Shown in pieces: positions 1-7,726 of a stretch of 64,000 nucleotides of DNA (position 1 is its first letter; every line of letters starts with the position of its first letter). A model generated the notes under the pieces. That model did not search any database. It worked only from the letters and a program-made list of their open reading frames with translations, and had not been told where the DNA came from. Made by a program: the position numbers and the translations under genes. Source of the stretch: Candidatus Enterousia sp. (GTDB lineage: Bacteria > Pseudomonadota > Alphaproteobacteria > Rs-D84); NCBI GenBank assembly GCA_045648885.1, contig JAZROV010000002.1:6343-70342 (forward strand), read 5' to 3'.

Positions 1-751
1 AAGTCTTCACCGCGTTGGCGGCCGCATATTGTGCACCGTCCGATATCGCCGTTCCGATACGAGATGTTGCCTTTGGTGCAACAACTGTATTTGTTGAACC
101 AAACAACTCAATCAAACCATCACTTTGGCAACGAGCCAACGTAGACGCACAATTGATAGATTGATTTTTGAATTCTTTGAACGAAGTGCACAATTCAAAA
201 TTTTCACCGCAAACACTGTCACGTTTTAAACAGCTGGTATATTTGCGGACACATTGGTCAGTTGGCAACATATTCGAAATATTTGCACCAATAACCATTT
301 GTCCCAAAACACTGCCATCAAGGGGATATGTATAGCGCGTCACTTCACCATAAGAATTTTTTTCCGCAACAGTAGAAAGGGCCGAAACGGACGAAGTTCC
401 AAACAAACTGTTTATTCCATTTGACGAGCATTGATAAAGCGTGCTTAAACAATTTGGCATTTTCGCATGCAGCAAAACATTTGTCGTGCATTCTTCCATA
501 TCGCCACCGCAGACATCGGCACCCTTTAAACAACCAGTGTACGCATCAATGCATTCTGCGTCTGAAAACACCGCCGAAGACGACGTTGACGAAGACGACG
601 AAGAATTCGCAGACTGAATCACATAACCAGAAATTGACGGCAAACGACGGCTGGCCGCTTGGGTCATACTGACCCGCGAAGTCGCAGCATCCGCGCCAGA
701 TACAGCCGCAACAGACAAGATTAAACCATATGTTTTGACGATGTTTTTCAT
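1..751 (-). CDS. secreted cysteine-rich repeat protein (3' end lies beyond the window edge)
   Basis: Absent from the ORF track because no stop lies in the window. My reverse-complement translation from ATG 751..749 (GGAGAAAGGGG SD directly upstream) stays open for 250 codons to nt 1. It gives an MKNIVKTYGLILSVAAVSGADA signal peptide, a Ser-rich linker, then two ~100-aa repeats with identical C-x6-C-x6-C-x6-C-x12-C-x6-C spacing. Confidence 0.6.
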   Translation of the reverse strand, partial: MKNIVKTYGLILSVAAVSGADAATSRVSMTQAASRRLPSISGYVIQSANSSSSSSTSSSAVFSDAECIDAYTGCLKGADVCGGDMEECTTNVLLHAKMPNCLSTLYQCSSNGINSLFGTSSVSALSTVAEKNSYGEVTRYTYPLDGSVLGQMVIGANISNMLPTDQCVRKYTSCLKRDSVCGENFELCTSFKEFKNQSINCASTLARCQSDGLIELFGSTNTVVAPKATSRIGTAISDGAQYAAANAVKT

Positions 752-838
752 CCCCTTTCTCCATTTTACTTTGTATTTATTTTAACACAGTCGCAAAAAT
801 AATGAAAGCGAAAAATGAATGAAACACCCTAAAAAAAA

Positions 839-1798
839 TCATTCATTATCCAGAATATATTTCAATTCCATCATGTCATCTGGCAAATGGGTTTTAAAAT
901 GCATTTTTTCACCAGTTATTGGGTGGATAAATTCTAAAACTTCTGCATGCAGCATCTGGCCATCGTGCGTTTTTAAAAATTCCAACAATTCTGGATTTTT
1001 CACAGTCCCCAGACGCGATTTTTCACGTCCATAAAGTCCGTCACATAAAACTGGAAAACCATGGGCCGATAAATGAACACGAATTTGATGTGTTCGCCCC
1101 GTCATCAAAGTGCACCGAAACATCGATATACCGCTTTTGTTCCAAACGTCTGCGACATTCACAATAGTATGTGCCGGTTTTCCGCCGCTTTTGACCATAG
1201 ACATTTTTTGACGATTACGCGATGAACGTGCGATATTTCCAGTTATATCTGCCCCACCCCACGTTGGAACACCCCAAACAAACGCAACATATTTTCGCGT
1301 TAAATCATGCGTTGAAAAAATTTTTACCAAACCACGATATGCTGCATCAGATTTTGCAAAAACCATAACACCACTGGTATCTTTATCCAAACGATGAACA
1401 ACCCCAGGACGCGTTAATCCACCCAGCATTGAAAGTTTTGTATGTGATAATAAATTTTGCACCAAAGTCCCGGTTTTATTACCGTTTGACGGATACATAA
1501 CAACACCACGCGGTTTATTTATAACGATGATATCGTCATCTTCGAATAAAATATCCAAATCAAAATCGTTTGAAATATTGTCATATGCAACATCAGATTG
1601 TTTTTGTGATATTTCAACGATAAATTCATCCCCTGACTTGGTTTTATCAGACAATTTTACAGCCACACCATTTGTGCGTTTAATATTAAACTTTTGAATT
1701 TCACTGCGCGAAAATTCAGGCATTTTTATCGACAAAAATTTATCGATACGATTACCAACACTTTCTTCATCAACGATAAAATTTCGAATATCTGGCAT
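839..1798 (-). CDS. rluD: RluA-family 23S rRNA pseudouridine synthase (RluD-like)
   Basis: 319 aa. N-terminal S4-like segment (GNRIDKFL), catalytic motif HRLDKDTSGVMVFAKS, C-terminal HQIRVHL block. Confidence 0.85.
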   Translation of the reverse strand: MPDIRNFIVDEESVGNRIDKFLSIKMPEFSRSEIQKFNIKRTNGVAVKLSDKTKSGDEFIVEISQKQSDVAYDNISNDFDLDILFEDDDIIVINKPRGVVMYPSNGNKTGTLVQNLLSHTKLSMLGGLTRPGVVHRLDKDTSGVMVFAKSDAAYRGLVKIFSTHDLTRKYVAFVWGVPTWGGADITGNIARSSRNRQKMSMVKSGGKPAHTIVNVADVWNKSGISMFRCTLMTGRTHQIRVHLSAHGFPVLCDGLYGREKSRLGTVKNPELLEFLKTHDGQMLHAEVLEFIHPITGEKMHFKTHLPDDMMELKYILDNE

Positions 1799-1801
1799 AG
1801 T

Positions 1802-2299
1802 TTATCTGTCGTTCCAATCTTTATCTTTTTCACATTTTGAAATATCGATTGTGAAAGAAGTATCCCCACTAATCGGACAAGTAATCATACCTGTTGTGCG
1901 CGCATCAGATGCATCTGCAGTGGCATTGCGCCATGCAAACGATATTTTTTCAGGTTTATACACACAAACCAAGCGCAAATAATCATCTGATTTACCGGTG
2001 GGCGACAACCAAACGCGAACATTGCTGGCTTCGCCATAACAGGGGAAAGCGTCCAGATAGTACAACACCAGACCCTGTTTTACAAATTTTTTATCCATAC
2101 CGCGAACGGTCCCAATATATTGACGCAGTGGCAAACCAGTTACGGCCGCCCAATCAACCGTCGTAGAAAAAATACTGACACGCGTCTGGGGCACCGGATT
2201 TGACGGCTGAACCGAAGCGGTCGGTCCAGATTGCGGAGATTCTGTCGCAAAAGCAGAAACACACATCAAAGACAAAATTATCGCGGATAAAAATTTCAT
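1802..2299 (-). CDS. hypothetical secreted protein
   Basis: 165 aa with signal peptide MKFLSAIILSLMCVSAFA|TE. 4-nt ATGA overlap with the upstream gene and 3-nt gap to rluD. No family recognised. Confidence 0.5.
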   Translation of the reverse strand: MKFLSAIILSLMCVSAFATESPQSGPTASVQPSNPVPQTRVSIFSTTVDWAAVTGLPLRQYIGTVRGMDKKFVKQGLVLYYLDAFPCYGEASNVRVWLSPTGKSDDYLRLVCVYKPEKISFAWRNATADASDARTTGMITCPISGDTSFTIDISKCEKDKDWNDR

Positions 2300-2808
2300 T
2301 TTGATTCCTTTAATTCAATCGACACGCGTTTAACATTCGCTGGTTCAACCGACAAAATGTGATTAAATGTCACCGTGGTTTTAGGCTCTATTAACGTAGA
2401 CGGCGGGATAAAAGTCTGGCGTGAAAGCAAATTATCTTGGGCGTCATACGATAAAATTATCAGATTTGGCAATCCATATATGTCGTCTGTAGTGTTTTTA
2501 ATTGTTCCTGAAACAAAAATACGATTATTGCCATTTTCATCTTTCACTACATGTACGCTTTTTTCATCGATGCTGGCGACCAGTGGTTTATTATGCGCGC
2601 GTTCATTTTGAAAACGCACAATCACAACAAAAGAAAATATACACGCTGCAACCAGCGCACAAATGGCAGCGATAAATTTCAGCACTGTATTTTGTCGAAA
2701 AGACCGACGCGGCATCCAGACATGTCCACACACCGCGCATTTCAAAGGAATATTTGGAAATTTATCCAAACTGTATTCTGTTTTGCAAAAATCACATATC
2801 GTTTTCAT
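2296..2808 (-). CDS. MJ0042-type zinc-ribbon membrane protein (DUF3426-like)
   Basis: N-terminal CDFC..x..CAVCGHVW zinc ribbon, one TM helix (VLKFIAAICALVAACIFSFVVIV), then a beta-rich C-terminal domain. Confidence 0.6.
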   Translation of the reverse strand: MKTICDFCKTEYSLDKFPNIPLKCAVCGHVWMPRRSFRQNTVLKFIAAICALVAACIFSFVVIVRFQNERAHNKPLVASIDEKSVHVVKDENGNNRIFVSGTIKNTTDDIYGLPNLIILSYDAQDNLLSRQTFIPPSTLIEPKTTVTFNHILSVEPANVKRVSIELKESK

Positions 2809-2810
2809 TT

Positions 2811-4379
2811 TTAATTTGATCCTAAGCCTGCTTCAGTTAAGCATTTTTCTATTTTATCTGAACCAGAGTCTTTGATATTTGAAAGTTTTGCACATTCATA
2901 TTTTTTTGCAATAACATTTTCAATTTCCTGTATTTTTTTCAGATACTGCACGACGCCTTGATCGGGTATTTCACCTTCGGCACATTTTTCACAAAAGCCC
3001 TTTGACCATAAACCATAGGCACTATCTGCATTTTTACAATCGGCTGCAAATTTATTCTCTTCCGCCCGATAAACGATAAACATAGCTTCATTTAAACCAT
3101 TGACATTTTCTTTCAATGATGCAGTTAGATTTATATCATTAAAATTTGCAGATTCTGGCGCTATGAAATAACCGTCATTTTGTTTAGATGCAAAAATACC
3201 ATCAATCTGCAAACGCGTTGTTATCACAGGCGTTTCAAGATTCGTAAAACTGACAATTGATGATTTAATATTGTTTAATGACAAACTTTGTTTGATTATA
3301 CAATTTTCAGCATACAAATTGGCATTGAAATTGGCCAGTGTATCGCAAATAGAAGAATTGATGTCGCCTGTTATTATTATTTTACCCCCCCCCACAGCGT
3401 CTAAATTTTCTATATATCCTGACGCCCCGTCGATATTACCACTTAACATTGTCACGCCATCAACAATTAAACTGCTGTCCGAAACAAAATTCAAATTTCC
3501 ATTCACAATCGCCCTTGATGCATCGTAATTTGTGTTCAATGTCACCCCGTGAATAAAATTCAAATTTTTAATATCAATGTTTTCACCACCCAGCGTCAAA
3601 CCGTTTGAAAAATATGCTGACTGAACCTTACCTAAACTGCCAACATTTACAATATCATGTCCATCCAGATTCAAAAATGATAACATCGTCGAATCTTCTG
3701 GGTTATTATCTTCGGGATCTGCCGCATTCAATCGCCACAAATATTTTGAATCGCCACGTGTCGCATTGGTTGTTTCAACCAGACCACTGGCATAACTCGA
3801 TAAATTAAAATTCGATTTTTCTGTGTGGAACGCATTAAAACCACCGCGTATAAAATTACCGTCAACAAAGCCGACTTTGCCGCCACCCAAATTTACAATT
3901 TCACGTGTCCGCATTGAATTGACACTGCCGTTGGTTAAAAGCACGACCCCTTGCAAGACGGCTTCATCATTATTGTCGCGTGATTTACGAATACGCAATT
4001 TATAATCGTTCGCGTAATCGGCTGCAAATTCAGGCGTCAAACCATAATTTATCAATCCGTATTGACCATCTTCACTGGATAATATTAAACAATCGATTTT
4101 CTTATGATCTGTGTCTTCAGTGAAAACAACATCATTTACCGGACGTAATAATTCACTTTGTTTTTCAAAAATGCAACGTTCCAACGCACGGCGAACAATA
4201 TCCATTTGTTTAACAACTGCGACATTACGCGCACGTTCAATCGTGTTTTTTTGATATCGAACAACAAATGGTATCGCTATTGCCGCCAAAGCGACCGACA
4301 ACATCAATTCCATCAACATTCCACCACGAAGTGAATTATGTTTTAATTTGCTGAAAAGATTTTTATTCTTATTGCTCAT
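2811..4379 (-). CDS. large prepilin-type N-terminal domain protein (modular-pilin-like), paralog A
   Basis: 522 aa. Leader ..NSLRG|GMLMELMLSVALAAIAIPFVV (Gly, Glu at +5, hydrophobic helix). Shared block LNLDGHDIVNVGSL, N/G/D/I-rich repeats, Cys-bearing C-terminus. Confidence 0.7.
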   Translation of the reverse strand: MSNKNKNLFSKLKHNSLRGGMLMELMLSVALAAIAIPFVVRYQKNTIERARNVAVVKQMDIVRRALERCIFEKQSELLRPVNDVVFTEDTDHKKIDCLILSSEDGQYGLINYGLTPEFAADYANDYKLRIRKSRDNNDEAVLQGVVLLTNGSVNSMRTREIVNLGGGKVGFVDGNFIRGGFNAFHTEKSNFNLSSYASGLVETTNATRGDSKYLWRLNAADPEDNNPEDSTMLSFLNLDGHDIVNVGSLGKVQSAYFSNGLTLGGENIDIKNLNFIHGVTLNTNYDASRAIVNGNLNFVSDSSLIVDGVTMLSGNIDGASGYIENLDAVGGGKIIITGDINSSICDTLANFNANLYAENCIIKQSLSLNNIKSSIVSFTNLETPVITTRLQIDGIFASKQNDGYFIAPESANFNDINLTASLKENVNGLNEAMFIVYRAEENKFAADCKNADSAYGLWSKGFCEKCAEGEIPDQGVVQYLKKIQEIENVIAKKYECAKLSNIKDSGSDKIEKCLTEAGLGSN

Positions 4380-4398
4380 TATCTTGTGGCCTGAGTTT

Positions 4399-5724
4399 TT
4401 ATATATTTAATGTTTGAACAACATCATTAAAAGGATTTGTATTTAATATCATATATGGTTCCATTCCATTAATTTTTAAATGATCTTGGGGGATAGAAAG
4501 ATTTGGGACTATTATTTCCCCGCTTTCAGTTTTATACAGAGAATATTTTAAAATTCCTGAATTTTGCTCCATAACAAAAGAACTACCTTTGTCTTCCTCA
4601 TAATCTTTTTGTTTCGGCAGTGTATCACTGGAAATCGCAACTTCACCATCTTTGTTATCAAAGCCGACATTGAAAACCCCGTCACCGGTCAGGTTTTCCA
4701 GATATGTCGCGTTTAATATACTCGCCGTTGTTTCCCCCAGATTTAACTCTTTATCTATTCCCAAACTTAAATTGTTACCAATTTCTATATTACCACTTAA
4801 TGATATATTTTGTGCATACAACGTGCCAGCAGTCGCATCAATTGTTTTCGTATCAATTTCTTTCAGATTGTCGACATCTCCCAGAACAGTCAGTTTTCCA
4901 ATATGTGGGCTGCCATCTGATGTTTTTATTTCTGCGCCTGATGAAAACGTCGCATTATTGACATTCACAATACCTGAGCCGGCATTCAAAAATAACGCCT
5001 GGGCCGAATTAATGTTTGCTATACCACAATCATCCCCAACACAACAAACATCCCCACTGCAACCGTCTGGATTTGGAACCGATATATTTTTTACGTTATA
5101 AAGGTTATTAAAATTCATATTCAAAGTGCGTTCCATTCGATTTAAATGCGCACCACCAATCGTTCCACGATGCAGATATCTATCATTGTCCGCTTCGCTG
5201 AAATCATGTGTTATTTTGAACACCAAATCTCCGGGGGTTAAATCATCATCAAAACTGACCGCCCAATCATTTGAATATGCAATATTGTCATCACTGACCA
5301 GCGCAGCATCCGAACCAATATATTTTGCGATATTTGCAGTCCGATACGCAGTTCCCAAAGAAAACAACAAATATACCTCTATGGAAGAGCCACCAACCAT
5401 ATTATTTCTGAACACCCAACCGCTTTGCGCCAATGGCGCAATCGACGCTAATTCTTCTGCAGTAAACGGGACCGCAGAACCGTCATCAGATAAAAATTCA
5501 GACTGATTTACACGAACAAAATCTACCACTGGATCGCGCAATTTCACGATTTGGTTTGCCAGTGCAACATCTTTCACAGTATTATTCATATCTGCAATAT
5601 GATAATACATAAACGGCACCAACATCAAAACCAATGCAACCGCCAAAATAACTTCCAGCATTGACGCACCACGTTGGGTTTTAAAATTTTGTCTTAAAAA
5701 ATTTTTTTGTTTAACCACGACCAC
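4399..5724 (-). CDS. large prepilin-type N-terminal domain protein, paralog B
   Basis: 441 aa. GTG start with GGGGTG SD. Leader ..FKTQRG|ASMLEVILAVALVLMLVPF. Shared blocks RYLHR and LNMNFNNLYNVKNI. Confidence 0.7.
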   Translation of the reverse strand: MVVVKQKNFLRQNFKTQRGASMLEVILAVALVLMLVPFMYYHIADMNNTVKDVALANQIVKLRDPVVDFVRVNQSEFLSDDGSAVPFTAEELASIAPLAQSGWVFRNNMVGGSSIEVYLLFSLGTAYRTANIAKYIGSDAALVSDDNIAYSNDWAVSFDDDLTPGDLVFKITHDFSEADNDRYLHRGTIGGAHLNRMERTLNMNFNNLYNVKNISVPNPDGCSGDVCCVGDDCGIANINSAQALFLNAGSGIVNVNNATFSSGAEIKTSDGSPHIGKLTVLGDVDNLKEIDTKTIDATAGTLYAQNISLSGNIEIGNNLSLGIDKELNLGETTASILNATYLENLTGDGVFNVGFDNKDGEVAISSDTLPKQKDYEEDKGSSFVMEQNSGILKYSLYKTESGEIIVPNLSIPQDHLKINGMEPYMILNTNPFNDVVQTLNI

Positions 5725-6511
5725 TATTACACCCCGATCTGTTTCCAGTCTTGCACAACACTTGATTTATACGACGTTCTGCCCGTTCCAAATAAATATA
5801 TTTACACAATATATTTTGCATCAAAGATCCGTTATTCGTACTGATTTGATTTTTGAGATCCAAATCCTGTTTCAACACAGTAGCACAATTTATCGTAGTT
5901 GTATTATTCGTTTTTTCCGGATGATCAATTATTGCTAATTTATTCAACAAACAATTCCCCCCCGAACAATCAATCAAATCAACATCTGGAAATGCAGACA
6001 TTCCCGACGGAAACATCACAGCCCGAACGCCATCATTTGGATGTTCTTTCAAATACGCAAAATTTTTATCTCTGAATGTGATTTTAGATGCATAAAGGAC
6101 CCGCGTATGTATTCCACTTCCACCACTAGATGTTTCGTAAGTATTTCCTATGACATTCAAAAATTTACTGACCCCTATTTTGCTCGCAACACCGGTTGCA
6201 GAATTTGCAGTAAAACTGTTACCTATATTCAGATAAACAGGATGTTCTGATGTTCCAATAAATAAATTACCGCAACTCGAAGGTTTAAGGGTCTCTTCTT
6301 CATATGCCGTTGGCAAAAGCCCCAGACCAACCGCACTGTCTGTTTTTCCAATTTGCCCCCCAACCGACACATTCAAATTTTGCAGATATTTACCATATAG
6401 ACCAACAGTTTGCAATTCGGCATTATCAACATTCAAAGAACTGGTTTTCACGCTTAATGCAGAATCGGTGCTGCTTTTTTTATTAAAACGAAATTTGTCG
6501 CCTTTTAACAA
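5711..6511 (-). CDS. C-terminal portion of pilin-like paralog C (same frame as 6554..7207, separated by one TGA)
   Basis: 266-aa ORF whose only possible start is a TTG with no SD, and no ATG for more than 150 codons. N/G/S-rich like the C-terminal halves of paralogs A and B, with a DCSGGNC motif resembling GCSGDVCC of paralog B. Confidence 0.5.
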   Translation of the reverse strand: MLKGDKFRFNKKSSTDSALSVKTSSLNVDNAELQTVGLYGKYLQNLNVSVGGQIGKTDSAVGLGLLPTAYEEETLKPSSCGNLFIGTSEHPVYLNIGNSFTANSATGVASKIGVSKFLNVIGNTYETSSGGSGIHTRVLYASKITFRDKNFAYLKEHPNDGVRAVMFPSGMSAFPDVDLIDCSGGNCLLNKLAIIDHPEKTNNTTTINCATVLKQDLDLKNQISTNNGSLMQNILCKYIYLERAERRINQVLCKTGNRSGCNSGRG

Positions 6512-6553
6512 TCTAAAAACGTTTGCATTTGATGATGAACCGCCCCCAGTCTG

Positions 6554-7207
6554 TCATTTTAAACCACCCCCCATCAGCGCCAGTGTATCAATGCGCGCAC
6601 GATAAAAATTTCCAGATTCTGCATGCAATTCACCAACATTTTCAATACGATTCCAATTCATATCTAATTCAGTCAAAAAACCAATATGTTCGTCAGTTTC
6701 ACGACGCGAAACAATGTCTGAATAAATCGTATCAACCGGCACAGATACATACACATTTCCATTAGATGCATGCGCAAAAAAACCAACCATACGCGCCAAT
6801 TCCGCCAATTGATAATCTGATAAATCACCACGCGTAGCAACAACATTAGCTTTGAGAGTATAACCATTGCCATTTTCTTTTGCTTTTTTATTGATGTCCA
6901 AACTGATATTTTGGTTCAAAGATGTCGTTGTATTAAATCCACTGGGCAAACCATACGGCATCAACGTATCAATCAAGGTTTGTCCAGAATAACTGGTATT
7001 ACCATAATTAAAACCGTCCTGGATAGATTTATCACGCAAATAAACACGTGCAACATCATGCAAAGTTTCAATAGACGTTTTCGCAGAATACATTTTTGCA
7101 GACATATCTCGCGCCGCCAATTTGTTCGCCAAAAACGGCATAAACGCAAACACCAACGTCAGCGCTAACAAGGCCTGCAAAAGAAAATTTCCGTTTTGTT
7201 TTTGCAA
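6554..7207 (-). CDS. prepilin-type N-terminal portion of pilin-like paralog C
   Basis: 217 aa. TTG start 5 nt after an AGGAGAG SD. Leader MQKQNG|NFLLQALLALTLVFAFMPF (Gln at +5). Shared block LDMNWNRIENVGEL about 25 aa before the TGA stop. Confidence 0.6.
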   Translation of the reverse strand: MQKQNGNFLLQALLALTLVFAFMPFLANKLAARDMSAKMYSAKTSIETLHDVARVYLRDKSIQDGFNYGNTSYSGQTLIDTLMPYGLPSGFNTTTSLNQNISLDINKKAKENGNGYTLKANVVATRGDLSDYQLAELARMVGFFAHASNGNVYVSVPVDTIYSDIVSRRETDEHIGFLTELDMNWNRIENVGELHAESGNFYRARIDTLALMGGGLK

Positions 7208-7351
7208 AAAATCTCTCCTGTACAGACGGATAATAGCATCTAAAAAAAATTATTGCAATTGCTTTTAAGATGTTTTAACATTCAATTAAATCAATACAGT
7301 GATTATAACGCTGTATGAAAGATTATTTCCATTTAACAACAAAGAAAAAAC

Positions 7352-7657
7352 ATGCAAAACAAAAAAAATCAAGCACCTGTTGGTCAGATGATTCAGCGCT
7401 GTCATAAATGGCGTCAAAAAAGAAAACAATACATAGATTTGGCACGTCAAACAACTGACGAAATTGAACGCGAACGTTTGCTGCAAACGGCTGAACATTA
7501 TGGTCGTATTGTCAACGAAGAACAGGTTAAAATCGATTCTCAGCGTGATCCGAAAGATAAAAACGCGCAAACCGAAGTTGTCGAATCTGGCGAAAACGCT
7601 GAAACGAATGACGAAGAAGAAATCGGCTTTCCAGATTTTATTGCGAATTTAAAATAA
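7352..7657 (+). CDS. small DUF4167-like protein
   Basis: 101 aa. KRKQYIDLARQTTDEIERERLLQTAEHYGRI resembles the alphaproteobacterial DUF4167 core (..Y..LAR......R...E...QHAEHY.R), with an acidic tail. Confidence 0.45.
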   Translation: MQNKKNQAPVGQMIQRCHKWRQKRKQYIDLARQTTDEIERERLLQTAEHYGRIVNEEQVKIDSQRDPKDKNAQTEVVESGENAETNDEEEIGFPDFIANLK

Positions 7658-7675
7658 TTTTCTTTCGATTTTTTA

Positions 7676-7703
7676 TTGAAATAAACCTTTTATTTGCTAT
7701 GCT
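7676..7703 (+). promoter_or_regulatory. candidate sigma70 promoter for dnaX
   Basis: TTGAAA, 16-nt spacer, TATGCT, about 25 nt upstream of the dnaX SD. Confidence 0.35.
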
Positions 7704-7726
7704 GATGAGCATAAGGAAGAATATCG

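Noticed and set aside
345-764. Track ORFs 345..533(-), 421..672(+) and 546..764(-) as real genes
   Set aside because: A different minus-strand frame is open across the whole region (1..751). It has an SD, a signal peptide and a clear internal repeat. The listed ORFs are short, low-complexity or Cys/Arg-rich shadow frames.
6512-6556. Selenocysteine insertion at the TGA splitting the pilin-like paralog
   Set aside because: I could not draw a SECIS-like stem-loop in the ~40 nt after the TGA. There are no sel genes in the window, and the aligned region of the paralogs has no Cys.
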